The notes: generated from the letters alone by a model not told the origin. A stretch of 64,000 bases of DNA from Desulfatiglandales bacterium (GCA_963666345.1 OY762721.1:3776001-3840000); one strand, 5' to 3'; positions 26,854 through 37,447 are shown, counted from the first letter of the stretch. Program-made: numbers and translations.

Positions 26854-28836
26854 TCAGATCAGATGCTGGCTGAATATGTCCCTTGTCTTGTAGGGAAGAT
26901 CCGAAGGATCGGATACGATCTTCCTGTCCGTGGCATAGGCCGTAAGTTTTCCGAACCGGGATCTTTCATCACCGGTCAGATCCGTGCTGTTCCTGGTAAG
27001 CATGTAAAAGACCAGTATGCCGGTATCGGCGGCCTCCTTGATTGCCATCCCGGAATCATACAGGGCGTTTTCATAATTACTGTCCGAAGGCATTCCGTCC
27101 GCGAATATAAAGAGTATCCTGGTTTTCTTCGGTTCCATGAGCAGCCTTTCGGCTATGCTCCTTATGGCGGCCCCGTCCCTGTTCGCGTAATGAGAGTCAA
27201 GACCTGTGAGACAGGACACATCCTTTGCCTCATAAATGTCTGTTTCGTTTTTGGACTGGTACATGTAGAGCCTCTGGGTGAAGGAGCCCTTGAGCTCCAG
27301 GTCCTCAATGGCCGTGTAAATGGCGGCCGCTGCGATCTTTTCGATATCAAGCACCTTCATGTCTTTTTTGGGGTCCAGCAGGTCCGCCTGAAAAGGGACG
27401 ATATTGGCGGAGGTGGACCCTGAGGCATCGATCAGGTAATAGATCGCGTAATCTCTTCTGTTTCGGACGGACGCGTCATAATATCTCTGCTCCCTTGCGA
27501 ACTTGGGATCGATACTGGCATAGACCACCCCCACGGGATTGAAGGATTCAGGTATGCCCTGCATCCTTTTCACCTGGAGCCGGTTCAGCTTAAGCTCTTC
27601 AAACTGCTCGGTTATGCTGGATATCAAAGTGGGATAATACCTGCGGATCATGTGAACAAACCTGGGGTCTCCCTGCTCAAGCCGTTGATAATTGACCTTG
27701 AATGGAACGGACTGAAGCCCCCATTTGCCGTATCCGAACACGACCCCCCCCTCAGGCTCAGATTGCGAAAACCCGCCAGGTTCGCCTGCCTCCGTATAAT
27801 CGATGCACAGGTCGGAGGCGATCTTTTTTATCCCGGCCAGCACCTCATCTTCGATGGAAAGGAGGTGCTCCAGGGAATCCGGTTTTACCGGGCCCCGGTT
27901 GAAATCATGGGCCGCGCGCACGGAAGCGGCCGGCATGGTGTTATTTTCTTTGTCTGCCCATTGCGGAAACTGAAGCCTTAAAAGGGGATAAAAACGGCGC
28001 AGCATCCTTATGGAATCAACAATAGATCCGAGGGCAAGGCCTTTTACCTCTGAGTAGAGATGATTTGTCAATTCAAGGTAATTGCTTATTCCCTTTGCCT
28101 TCAGTTCCGGTACGGTCGGTTTGGCGAAAAAGTCCTGCTCTTTACCTGTCAGCTCATCAAGTGAGCCGTAGCTGCCGTTTATGGCGAGCCTTTTTGCCGG
28201 GTCCCGGGAGACAAGTTCGGCAAGGGTCTTCCCGCACATTATCTTCCTTTGAAGGGCGCAGATGAAGTCTTCCTGATCATCGCCCCTGTATTTCCCCTTA
28301 AGCCCGATCATGACCAGGTTCAGAAAGTCAAGACACAGGCCATAGTCCTTCCTGTGCATGAACCTGGCAATGAGGTTGGCCTCGACCCTGAAGTCCTCAA
28401 GGCAGCCTAAGATTCTCCGCGCAAGTTCGGCATTACCCAGTTCCTCGAAGATATCTTCAAGATTGAGCGGTAGGAAACTTCCTTCAAGTATATGGGCCGC
28501 CTCGTGAATCAGGAGCGCTTTGTATATGGTGATATTCCTGTTCCTGTTAGTTACGGCAGGCCCGTCAGCGGGGAAAAGATCAATTGAAGGGGAGAGCCTG
28601 ATCTCGAAAAGGTCCTTTCCCGCCCCCTCCCTCTGTTTTATTACAACGGTTTCGGCAAGCGAACTTCCCGGTCTTACAGGCACGTAATTGTTTAAAAGAG
28701 GAATGGTCACCCCGTGGAAATGGTCTGAAAAAAGGGGTGATAAGAGAAAATCGGTTAGAGAAACACCATCCGTGCAACCGCTTTCAAGGACGGCTCTGAT
28801 CTCCAGCAGGGTCTTCTTTTCAGCTTGATCAAGCAT
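26854..28836 (-). CDS. vWA-domain protein (NorD/CbbO/CobT-like)
   Basis: 'HEAAH', 'LEDFRVE'; MIDAS 'LIDASGST', 'RDGAAIR', 'FADGMPSD'. Confidence 0.8.
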   Translation of the reverse strand: MLDQAEKKTLLEIRAVLESGCTDGVSLTDFLLSPLFSDHFHGVTIPLLNNYVPVRPGSSLAETVVIKQREGAGKDLFEIRLSPSIDLFPADGPAVTNRNRNITIYKALLIHEAAHILEGSFLPLNLEDIFEELGNAELARRILGCLEDFRVEANLIARFMHRKDYGLCLDFLNLVMIGLKGKYRGDDQEDFICALQRKIMCGKTLAELVSRDPAKRLAINGSYGSLDELTGKEQDFFAKPTVPELKAKGISNYLELTNHLYSEVKGLALGSIVDSIRMLRRFYPLLRLQFPQWADKENNTMPAASVRAAHDFNRGPVKPDSLEHLLSIEDEVLAGIKKIASDLCIDYTEAGEPGGFSQSEPEGGVVFGYGKWGLQSVPFKVNYQRLEQGDPRFVHMIRRYYPTLISSITEQFEELKLNRLQVKRMQGIPESFNPVGVVYASIDPKFAREQRYYDASVRNRRDYAIYYLIDASGSTSANIVPFQADLLDPKKDMKVLDIEKIAAAAIYTAIEDLELKGSFTQRLYMYQSKNETDIYEAKDVSCLTGLDSHYANRDGAAIRSIAERLLMEPKKTRILFIFADGMPSDSNYENALYDSGMAIKEAADTGILVFYMLTRNSTDLTGDERSRFGKLTAYATDRKIVSDPSDLPYKTRDIFSQHLI

Positions 28837-28838
28837 GT

Positions 28839-30035
28839 CTAAAGAGTTGTTCCGTCTTCCGGCCTGGGCAGAAGCCCCACTTCGGTCGCAATGATCCTGA
28901 GAAATGTATCCTGATTGCTGTTGTTGTTGAGCTCTCTTTCCTTTAAGGCACCGTGAAGCACCCTGTTCAGGGTGTCATAGGTAACGCCCATCCTTGCCGC
29001 CTTTTCACCGTAACGGGGCAGGTAATCCCTGTACGCCCTGAACCCGTCGGTTACGACCCTCTGGTCGGGGTATACGATCGAAAGTGTCTCGCTTTTCTCC
29101 CTTTCCTGCAGCAGACGGTTTGCCCTTTCGCCAAGCGAGTCATAGGAGAAGACATTTGGGTTTACCAGCCCCCTGAGTGCGGTAAGAAAAATCAGAAAGT
29201 CATAGAAAAAATCCCCCTTGCCCTTGAGCTCGCCTGTAAGCCTGTTTGAGACGTCCCTGTCTTCGATGATCGATCTGTCAAAGTAACGGTATGTCTCCTG
29301 GAGCCGCGTCTGCTCGGAGCTGAGAGCCTTTCCGTCACTGGTCGACCAGCGTCCTTCCCTGTTTTCCGTGAAGATGTAGGCGCCGTTTGAACCATCGCGC
29401 AGTATGCCCCTTTCAACCAGGGGTATGCTGAAATGCTCGCCCATCCTCTCAAAGGCGATATAAGCGGAAAGGATCGAATCAAGGTCCCTGAAATTGAAGG
29501 GATTGACCCTGCTTTTGTGCGAGAACTCGAAGTTGTCCCGTCCCGTGTTGCTCTTGGGCGGATTGAAAGTCTCGGTGTATATGAAATTTTCTATGTCCCA
29601 GCCTTCGTTGTCCCGCATGTAACCAAGGGATCTTTCGTTTCCCAGATCGTCAAGAATGACAAAGTCGAGGTAGTCGTCAGACAGAAGCGTGGAGAGGTAT
29701 TTCTGTATCTCGCGGGGCATCTCGCTTGTCTCCTCGTTGATCAGGATGCCTCCCTGCTTGAGCGCCGTCTTGAACTGCGTGATTGAGTACTCGGTCCTTC
29801 CGTTTACCAGCATCGGCCTTCCGAGGTAGTCGTAGGTCTGTTCATGGAGCTGGCAGTTCCTTGAAAAGACCGCCTTTTTCATGATAGAGGCCACATACCT
29901 TATGGCGCTTGATTTTCCATGTCCCGGATCGCCTGAAAGGGCTATGTTGTTCCTTCTTGAGATGGCGTGGACAAGCCACCTTATCTCGTCTATTTCAGGG
30001 ATGTCCCCCTGGTTTGCGATGTATATTCTTTCCAT
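28839..30035 (-). CDS. Divergent MoxR/CbbQ-like AAA+ ATPase
   Basis: Walker A 'GDPGHGKS'; Walker B-like 'ILINEET'; 'TFNP'; 2 bp upstream of the vWA gene. Confidence 0.72.
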   Translation of the reverse strand: MERIYIANQGDIPEIDEIRWLVHAISRRNNIALSGDPGHGKSSAIRYVASIMKKAVFSRNCQLHEQTYDYLGRPMLVNGRTEYSITQFKTALKQGGILINEETSEMPREIQKYLSTLLSDDYLDFVILDDLGNERSLGYMRDNEGWDIENFIYTETFNPPKSNTGRDNFEFSHKSRVNPFNFRDLDSILSAYIAFERMGEHFSIPLVERGILRDGSNGAYIFTENREGRWSTSDGKALSSEQTRLQETYRYFDRSIIEDRDVSNRLTGELKGKGDFFYDFLIFLTALRGLVNPNVFSYDSLGERANRLLQEREKSETLSIVYPDQRVVTDGFRAYRDYLPRYGEKAARMGVTYDTLNRVLHGALKERELNNNSNQDTFLRIIATEVGLLPRPEDGTTL

Positions 30036-30072
30036 TTTGGACGAGCCTTTATTTCATAATAAAAAATGTGTC

Positions 30073-30133
30073 AAAGTGCCTAAAGTGAACTAAAGTTGAA
30101 AGTGCCTAAAGTTGCGGAGTCGCTTTGCTCCGC
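30073..30133. repeat. Short tandem AAAGT(G/T) repeats plus hairpin
   Basis: AAAGTGCCT-AAAGTGAACT-AAAGTTG-AAAGTGCCT-AAAGTT, then GCGGAG..CTCCGC. Confidence 0.65.
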
Positions 30134-30457
30134 TATTTAAAAGAGTGCCAGGTCCTTTGGGCCGGTGGTTGCGTGCAATCTACTGAGGCCGTTGTCTGTT
30201 TTTCCAGGTGCCTTACAGGGTTGTGAAACATATCAGATGTTCGGCAAAAAAATCAAGCAATTAAATGGGTTGCCGGTCTCAAGACAGGGCATTGGCGCAC
30301 GGGTAGCCGTGCACAGGGGGATTCTTGCGTATGATCAGGATACCGGATGGAAAATAAAAGCGTTCAGGCTTCATTATACATCAATTCGATGATTTACTCT
30401 GAAATATCGATCGGTCATGTTTGGATCGCACAGATAAAAAAGGAAATCCCTATTATT

Positions 30458-33430
30458 TCATCCTCTAATTTTAGCCAGTTCCTCTTTTACCGCAATCCCT
30501 ATCTTTTCTATGGTGTAAGGCTTCTTTACATGTTTTCCCGCACCCAATTTTTGTGCCTCTTTTACCCTCTGTGTCTCAGAAAAACCGCTTGCAATGATTG
30601 CCTTTTGTTTAGGGCATATTTCAAGTATCCGCCTGTATGTTTCAAGACCGTCTATCCCAGGATCCATGATCATATCTAAAACCAACAGATCAATTGAGGT
30701 GCTTCTTATATATTCAACCGCTTCTTCCCCGCCTGACACCGCAGCCACCCTGTAGCCCAATCTAGAGAAAATCATCACGGCTATTTCTCTTTGCTCTTTT
30801 ACATCATCCACAACCAGAATGGACTCTCCATTTCCCGAATACTCATCAATAGATAATTCGTATGCATTTTTTTGCAATTCTTTTCTGGTTACTGGAAAAT
30901 AGAGTGTAAAAGATGTCCCCTTTTTAGGTGCACTTTGAATGTCGATATATCCCTTATGGTCCTTAACCGTGCCCCATACAACGGCCATGCCCAGACCGGT
31001 TCCGCTTCTTCCCATGATCTTTTTGGTGTAGAAGGGCTCGAATATCTTTTCCTTATCCTCTGAAGAGATTCCAACGCCTGTATCTGAAATCGTAAGGGTG
31101 GCGTAATCACCCTCCTTTACCTCGTCATATCCTCTTACCGGTGTGTCAATGTATCTGTTTTCAGTGGATATGATAATCCTGCCCCCGCCGGGCATGGCTT
31201 CGGCGGCGTTGGATACCAGATTCATAACCGTTTTCGAGACATGCACGGGAGAGCCCATAATATTCAGAAGATCTTTTTCAAGATCGGTCTTCACCTCGAC
31301 TTCAGGATGAAATGATTTCAATTTCTCATATTCAGGGCTATCCAGATACTCGGTAATAATATTATTAAGATTCACGATTTCAGTTGCAGCGACGCCTCTC
31401 CTTGCCAAGGTCAACAGATCCTGGACGATTGCGGCGGATTTTATCCCGGTCTTTCTGATGGTTTCAACAGGCTTCCTTAGAGTGCTTTCTTCAGGCAGCT
31501 GCATCAGGAGCAGGTCAGGATAGCTTACGATTCCGCACAGGATATTATTCAAATCGTGAGCCACGCCTCCGGCAAGGGTTCCTATGGATTCCATCTTCTC
31601 AGCACGTCGCAACTGGGCCTGAAGCCTAATTCTTTCCTGTTCTGCTATATTATCGTCGGTGATGTCTTTACAAACGCCGCGGTAGCCGGTTAATTCACCG
31701 CTTTCATCCAGTACGGGGAAGCCGTTGGTCAGAAGGCAAACCCTTTTACCTTCTTTGGACAGGGCAAAATTTTTTAAATCAACAATCGGTTTTTTCGCCG
31801 AAACAAGTCGTTTAAAAGCGTTCACGGCCCATCTCGCTTCGTCTTCCGGCATCAGGTCAAAAAGGGTTTTCCCGATAAGTTCCTCGGGGTCATATCCGAT
31901 AATTTGCTTGGCCGTGTCTGATATGAAAGTGTATTTGCCTTTACTGTCGAGTTCCCAGATGCAGTCTGCCATGCTATATGAGATATCCCTGAAACGCTCT
32001 TTGCTCTTCCTGAGAGTTTCCTGTATATGCTTACGCTCTTCGATCTCTTTTTCAAGTTCAGCAGTCCGTTGCTTGACCCGCTGTTCAAGATCCTCGTTTT
32101 GCTCCTTAAGCACTTGTGTCAGCTTTTCATTTTCATAGAAAACCTTTTCTACAGCTGCAAACCATGGTTTCCATACGAGTGGAATTCCATGGCCCACTGG
32201 CGTGTGTATGCGCTCACTCCTGTCCATGATGAAGCTAACGAATCTTTTTGACGGTAAAATAAATTGTCGCTGCGTAACTGCAAATGCCGTAATGCCCAGA
32301 AGCAACAGCATGACCATAACAGTCATCGGCCCGATGCCTATAAGCTTTATAATTGAACTCCAAAAAGAGTTCGAGTGCTCAATATAAATGACCTGCCAGG
32401 GGGCCTGATTCAGACGGCTCCGCAATATGTTAAAAGAAGCCATGCGGGTGATCTCGTTATCCGGGATCCGCATTAATCCATCAATTGAACCTCGAAGCGT
32501 TTCAGGAAGGGCAGCGCTTAAAGTTTTTTCCCTTCTGTTATCGGATGATATGGTCGTGGGATGGGCTATCAGCTGACCACTGTCGTTTACCAGAAACATC
32601 AGGCCCTGTTCAGGGTTGAATCTTTGCACCACGGTATTAAGGAAATCCACGGTCAGATCTATAGCCACTGTGCCGATAAAACGATCATTATCGTAAACTG
32701 GTGAGGCACAGGTAGTCATGAGACCTTTGCCGAATTCATCAACGTATAACTTTGTCCAGAACCTTTTTCGATCCGGATTGTTTTGTGGAAGTCCTAGGGT
32801 GTAAAATTCATGGGTAAGAAGTTCCTTTGAGAATCTGAAATTTTTTGAGGCAACCCACGGATAGATATTGATGAAATTGTCGCTGGATGTATAGTAAGCC
32901 CAGGCTGAGCCCTTTATGGCCCGGGCTGAGGCTCGAAAAAGGGGGTTCAGGCTCAGGGCCATGTGTATTTCCCTGTAAAAATCTATGCTGCGGTTCTGAA
33001 TGGAGCCCTGACCCGTCAAATTACCGATCATATTCCGGTTGATAGGCGGTTTGAATGTATCAAGGTGATAGCGTTTTATATTATCTGCGTCTGTCAGATC
33101 CTTGAACTCGAGAGGCTGATTCAACACTTCGACGGCGCTGGATTGCAGGAGGTCCGCTTCGGCCGCTATACGCATGCCGTCCACGTGCTCGTTCACCCCG
33201 GCAATCAGGTTGTCCATATGAGCGGTCCGCTCCTTAAAATGCCCCTGGAGGATCTCTTTTTTATGCTTCTGGCCTAAGTTATACTGTTCGGCCAGCATAA
33301 TAAATAGAGCGGTAACAAGAAGGGTAAAAGCCACCAGAATGGACAAGGCTTGACGCATGTGAAATCGACTTACCTGGTCTTTTCCCTTCATTAGGCTATC
33401 GGTTTTTTTTACATCTGAATGCAACGACAT
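30458..33430 (-). CDS. Hybrid sensor histidine kinase (Cache, PAS, HisKA, HATPase, REC)
   Basis: 'GGVAHDLNN', 'NLVSNAAEAM', 'DTGVGI', 'GTGLGM', 'LVVDD..LDMIM'. Confidence 0.95.
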   Translation of the reverse strand: MSLHSDVKKTDSLMKGKDQVSRFHMRQALSILVAFTLLVTALFIMLAEQYNLGQKHKKEILQGHFKERTAHMDNLIAGVNEHVDGMRIAAEADLLQSSAVEVLNQPLEFKDLTDADNIKRYHLDTFKPPINRNMIGNLTGQGSIQNRSIDFYREIHMALSLNPLFRASARAIKGSAWAYYTSSDNFINIYPWVASKNFRFSKELLTHEFYTLGLPQNNPDRKRFWTKLYVDEFGKGLMTTCASPVYDNDRFIGTVAIDLTVDFLNTVVQRFNPEQGLMFLVNDSGQLIAHPTTISSDNRREKTLSAALPETLRGSIDGLMRIPDNEITRMASFNILRSRLNQAPWQVIYIEHSNSFWSSIIKLIGIGPMTVMVMLLLLGITAFAVTQRQFILPSKRFVSFIMDRSERIHTPVGHGIPLVWKPWFAAVEKVFYENEKLTQVLKEQNEDLEQRVKQRTAELEKEIEERKHIQETLRKSKERFRDISYSMADCIWELDSKGKYTFISDTAKQIIGYDPEELIGKTLFDLMPEDEARWAVNAFKRLVSAKKPIVDLKNFALSKEGKRVCLLTNGFPVLDESGELTGYRGVCKDITDDNIAEQERIRLQAQLRRAEKMESIGTLAGGVAHDLNNILCGIVSYPDLLLMQLPEESTLRKPVETIRKTGIKSAAIVQDLLTLARRGVAATEIVNLNNIITEYLDSPEYEKLKSFHPEVEVKTDLEKDLLNIMGSPVHVSKTVMNLVSNAAEAMPGGGRIIISTENRYIDTPVRGYDEVKEGDYATLTISDTGVGISSEDKEKIFEPFYTKKIMGRSGTGLGMAVVWGTVKDHKGYIDIQSAPKKGTSFTLYFPVTRKELQKNAYELSIDEYSGNGESILVVDDVKEQREIAVMIFSRLGYRVAAVSGGEEAVEYIRSTSIDLLVLDMIMDPGIDGLETYRRILEICPKQKAIIASGFSETQRVKEAQKLGAGKHVKKPYTIEKIGIAVKEELAKIRG

Positions 33431-33699
33431 TAAAAACTCCTTTCGAGTCAGTCATACATCACTCAGTCACAGAAGATATATGGGATAGGAAATCGAATTT
33501 TGTCAAGAAAAGTATGAAAATCCGGGTCCACCACCTCAGTAAAGGCGGCGATCAAATTTCGAGGATGCGAGGATTTGAGGGGCCGGCGCTTCTATTTGTG
33601 GGCAAATCCGTGCCTTGCGGATTTTTTATATAACCGTTATCATCGGACCCTGCCCTTGTTTTGGTTTTTGGATTATCTTCAAAAGAGTTGATCTAAATG

Positions 33700-34185
33700 A
33701 AGGATTCAAGGGGTCAAGGGTTCGAGGATTCGAGTGAAATGCTTAAAAATTATAAAGAGTTAAACATTCGGCAAAAATCGTATACGCCTTGTTTGCATAT
33801 CTATAAAGAAACAAAACGTTTTTCAAAAGATGAGCGATACGCTTTGACCTCCTGAATCAGAAGATCCGATTTTTCCATACCATCGAATATCGCCTAAGGG
33901 TATGGGAGAAAAACGGCTATAGAGCATGTGAGATTTCTCTATATTGCATATGGTTCAGCCTGTGAATCGGAAACCCGGGCCATGATATCAGGTGACCTGG
34001 GTTATGTTGAAAAACAGAGGCTTCAGGAATTAGGAGGGGAAATCGGGGATGTCGAGACAATGCTCAAAGCAATGATCAAATCCCTGGAAAGAAACCCCTT
34101 GAATCCTTGAAACCGGGAACCCGCCCTGAGCTTGTCGAAGGGTGGGACTGAGCGAAGCGAAGAATCCTGGAACCCTTGGACCCTC
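33700..34185. repeat. Inverted octamer tandem-repeat tracts flanking the four-helix-bundle gene
   Basis: Upstream GGATTCAA GGGGTCAA GGGTTCGA GGATTCGA; downstream CCTTGAAT CCTTGAAA .. CCTGGAAC CCTTGGAC. Confidence 0.75.
33739..34110 (+). pseudogene. Four-helix-bundle protein (23S rRNA IVP / bAvd-like family) with two in-frame stops
   Basis: MLKNYKEL..ERYALTS*IRRS..SIPSNIA*GYGR..FLYIAYGSACE; TGA at 33853, TAA at 33895. Confidence 0.88.
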
Positions 34186-34360
34186 TTCGCCAACTAAGTT
34201 GGAGAAGAACCTGTTTTTTTTAAGTCTTTCGCGTTTTTCCTGTATGTCTGATCCTGTCAAAAGACAGGATTGCGCAACCTTTCCATATGTATTAGAATCA
34301 CCGTAAACGGTTGAAGGTCAAGGAGTCGGTAAAATCCAGAGACATGCGGAGGAAGAAGAG

Positions 34361-35704
34361 ATGAAATTTCTGATAATCGGTGGTGACGCGGCCGGAATGA
34401 GCGCGGCAAGTCGCGCAAAGAGAAATGCCCCTGACATGGATGTGACGGTACTTGAGGCTACCTCTGATGTCTCTTACAGCGCATGCGGGATGCCCTATAA
34501 TATCGCGGACGCCGGCGTGCCGATAGAAGACCTGGTGGTCAGACAGGCACAGGTCTTCCGGGAAAAGCAGGGAATAGACCTTAAAACAGGCCATAAGGCC
34601 CTGTCTGTGGATAGAGAATCTAAGGTGGTAACAGGGAAAAGGATGGACGGCACCGATTTCGGTATCCCTTATGACAGACTCCTTATCGCTACGGGCGCAA
34701 GACCGATCATGCCGGAACTTCCCGGGTTCGATCTTGAAGGGGTCATGGCCCTTAAGAGCCTTGCCGACGGAAGAAGGATCAAGAGTTTTATCAGGTCAGC
34801 GGATGTAAGAAAGGCGGTCATAATAGGGATGGGGTATATCGCGCTCGAGATGAGCGAGGCCTTAAGGGCGCGCGGGATTGAGGTCTCAATGGTCAAACCG
34901 CGGCCCATGTTCCTTCCCTGGATGAATCAGGATATGGCCAGGGTGGTGAAAAAGGAGGTGGAAGACAATCAGGTTGAAATGCATCCGGGCGAGGAGATTG
35001 TGCGTATCGAACGAAACGGCGGCACCCTGAATGTGATATGCACTCAAAATAAGCTTAAGGCCGATATGGTGCTGGTAGCAGTTGGGGTAAGGCCTTCAAA
35101 CGAGCTTGCCGTGGGCTCCGGACTGGAGCTTGGTCCATCAGGCGCCATCTCGGTTGACAGGGCGCTTAGGACCACCGATCATGACATATATTCGGCCGGC
35201 GACTGCGCGGATGCGTATCATGTCGTCACAGGGGAAAAGACGTGGGTCCCCCTGGCGCTAAGGGCAAACAGGGCGGGCTGGGCCGCGGCCGATAATGTGA
35301 CCGGCAGGGATGTCGAACTTCAGGGTGTGGCCGGCACAGCGGTGTTCAAGGTCTTTGACCTGCAGGTTGCAAGGACCGGCCTAAGCATGAAGGAGGCGGG
35401 AGAATTCGGCTTTGATCCTGTGGAGGTGATGATAAAGGGCAGATCCCGTGCCCATGCGCATCCCATGAACACGAGTCTTTATGTACAGATGATCGGGGAC
35501 GGAAAATCGGGCAGGCTCCTGGGTGCGCAGCTTCTGGGAAGGGAGGGTGCGGCTCACAGGGTCAATGCCCCTGCCGTGGCGCTTCACCAGCAGATGACGG
35601 TAGAGCGGTTCAGCCAGTGCGACCTTGCATACGCGCCCCCGTTCAGCCCGACGTGGGACCCTATGCTCACGGCCGCAAATCAGCTTTTAAAGAAACTGGG
35701 GTGA
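34361..35704 (+). CDS. CoA-disulfide reductase / NADH oxidase family flavoprotein
   Basis: 'IIGGDAAGMSAA'; redox 'SYSACG'; 'GMGYIALE'; 'DLAYAPPFS'. Confidence 0.92.
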   Translation: MKFLIIGGDAAGMSAASRAKRNAPDMDVTVLEATSDVSYSACGMPYNIADAGVPIEDLVVRQAQVFREKQGIDLKTGHKALSVDRESKVVTGKRMDGTDFGIPYDRLLIATGARPIMPELPGFDLEGVMALKSLADGRRIKSFIRSADVRKAVIIGMGYIALEMSEALRARGIEVSMVKPRPMFLPWMNQDMARVVKKEVEDNQVEMHPGEEIVRIERNGGTLNVICTQNKLKADMVLVAVGVRPSNELAVGSGLELGPSGAISVDRALRTTDHDIYSAGDCADAYHVVTGEKTWVPLALRANRAGWAAADNVTGRDVELQGVAGTAVFKVFDLQVARTGLSMKEAGEFGFDPVEVMIKGRSRAHAHPMNTSLYVQMIGDGKSGRLLGAQLLGREGAAHRVNAPAVALHQQMTVERFSQCDLAYAPPFSPTWDPMLTAANQLLKKLG

Positions 35705-35706
35705 TC

Positions 35707-36630
35707 CTAGAGGGTCCGCCCGGATGAAAGCCCCTCTACCTTGTCAGGGGTGTCTGTCCGCTCCTTTGCGGCGAGAAAGATCCCGGTCAAAATAAGGAGG
35801 CCGCCTGCCACCTGTAGAAAGGTGGCCTTTTCACCCAGGAAAAAATAGGCGAGAACGCTTGAGCAGACAGGCTCCCCCAGCACGAATACGGCAACAGTAG
35901 TGGCCGTCACATACTTGAGGGACCAGTTGAGCGAACTGTGGCCCAGAAGCTGCGGGATAAGCGCCAGCAACACGAAATAGAAATAGGTGCTTTGGCTGTA
36001 GCCGGAAAAACCATGGCCCAAGATGATTACAAGGCCCAGAAGCAGAAGGGATGTCAGCGCGTAAACCGGGACGATGTATGAAAGCAGGTCTAGCTCCTTT
36101 CTGACCTTTCTTCCCACCAGGAAATAGCATGAGGCCATAACGGCCCCGCCGAGCGCCATCAGATCGCCGTACGCGGAGTTTCCGGCTCCCGCATGCATGT
36201 CTGACAGGGCTATCAGAATTCCTCCTGCCAGTCCCAGCAATATGCCGATCAAAAGGAAGCTGTGTATCCTTTCCTTAAAAAACAGATAAGAGGCGATCCC
36301 TATGAAGATCGGGTTTGATGTGACGATTACCACGGAACTGAGGACCGAGGTGTGCTTCAGCGATGTGATCCAGAAAAAGAAATGGAGACTCAGAAACAGG
36401 GCTGAAAGAAAGATGAATTTGAGGTGATGTAAAGGGATGCTAAGAGGGCTTTTATCCTTAAAAATCATGGAACCGGGTATAAGGACAATTGAGGCGATGC
36501 CGAGCCTTGCCGCGGCTATCACTACCGGGGGCGCGTCATGACAGAGTTTTATGAATATGGAGGCCGTGGATATGGAAACAATACCCACTGCCAGCATTGA
36601 TATAATAAGCGGCCTTCCGGCTGGCTGCAT
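35707..36630 (-). CDS. DMT/EamA transporter
   Basis: Ten hydrophobic segments; 'LGEPV..YFFLGE'. Confidence 0.9.
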   Translation of the reverse strand: MQPAGRPLIISMLAVGIVSISTASIFIKLCHDAPPVVIAAARLGIASIVLIPGSMIFKDKSPLSIPLHHLKFIFLSALFLSLHFFFWITSLKHTSVLSSVVIVTSNPIFIGIASYLFFKERIHSFLLIGILLGLAGGILIALSDMHAGAGNSAYGDLMALGGAVMASCYFLVGRKVRKELDLLSYIVPVYALTSLLLLGLVIILGHGFSGYSQSTYFYFVLLALIPQLLGHSSLNWSLKYVTATTVAVFVLGEPVCSSVLAYFFLGEKATFLQVAGGLLILTGIFLAAKERTDTPDKVEGLSSGRTL

Positions 36631-36631
36631 A

Positions 36632-37447
36632 TCAATCCTTTCCGAGTTCCAGCGATCGATCTCTGGCGGCCGTAATCGCCTTTTGAGTCATCTGTTCAAG
36701 GCCCAGTTCGTCGAATATTGAAAGCCCGGCCGCGGTTGTGCCCCCGGGAGAGGTCACCATCCGTCTCAGAACGGAAAGGGGCTTGTCCGATTCCTTTGCA
36801 AGGCGGGCGGCCCCTAAAAAGGTCTGAACAACAAGCCTGAGTGACATATCGCTGTCAAGCCCTACTGAGGTGCCGGCCGCCACCATCGCCTCCATTATCC
36901 TGAATATGTAGCCCGGGCCGCTTCCGGAAACCGCTGTAACCGCATCCATCAGGGTCTCCTCGACCTCGAGCGTTTCACCGACCGAATCGAAGATAACCTT
37001 TGCCGCCGCAAGGGCCTGAGCGCTGACTCTTTCATTCCCGGCAAGGGCGCTCATACCCATCTGGATGAGGGCGGGTGTGTTGGGCATTACCCTGATTATC
37101 GGCATGTCCAGACCCGCAAGCGTCCTCAGCCGGCTGATGGATACCCCGGCCGCAATGGAGATGAGGATCTGATCCTCTCTGAAAGAGCCGCTCAATTCTT
37201 CAAATACCTCCGCTGTCTTTTGCGGCTTGACCGCCAGTATTACCATGTCGCACCGGCTTACTATCCCTCTGTTTGTGGACCGGGTCACATTGAAACGGCT
37301 TGAGAGTCTCTCAAGTGCCTCTTCACTTTTATCAGAGACGGAAATTGTGTCAGGCCTGCAGATGCCGCTTTCAACGATTCCTTTTATAAGGGCCGAGGCC
37401 ATGTTTCCCGCGCCAATAAAACCTATCTTCCGGTGAATATCAGTCAT
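36632..37447 (-). CDS. proC: Pyrroline-5-carboxylate reductase
   Basis: 'GFIGAGNM', 'RVMPNTP', 'SGSGPGY', 'VTSPGGTT'. Confidence 0.97.
   Translation of the reverse strand: MTDIHRKIGFIGAGNMASALIKGIVESGICRPDTISVSDKSEEALERLSSRFNVTRSTNRGIVSRCDMVILAVKPQKTAEVFEELSGSFREDQILISIAAGVSISRLRTLAGLDMPIIRVMPNTPALIQMGMSALAGNERVSAQALAAAKVIFDSVGETLEVEETLMDAVTAVSGSGPGYIFRIMEAMVAAGTSVGLDSDMSLRLVVQTFLGAARLAKESDKPLSVLRRMVTSPGGTTAAGLSIFDELGLEQMTQKAITAARDRSLELGKD

Noticed and set aside
33853..33855. Selenocysteine readthrough of TGA (selA is in the window)
   Set aside because: The position is not Cys-like, and a TAA stop follows in the same frame, so this is a pseudogene.
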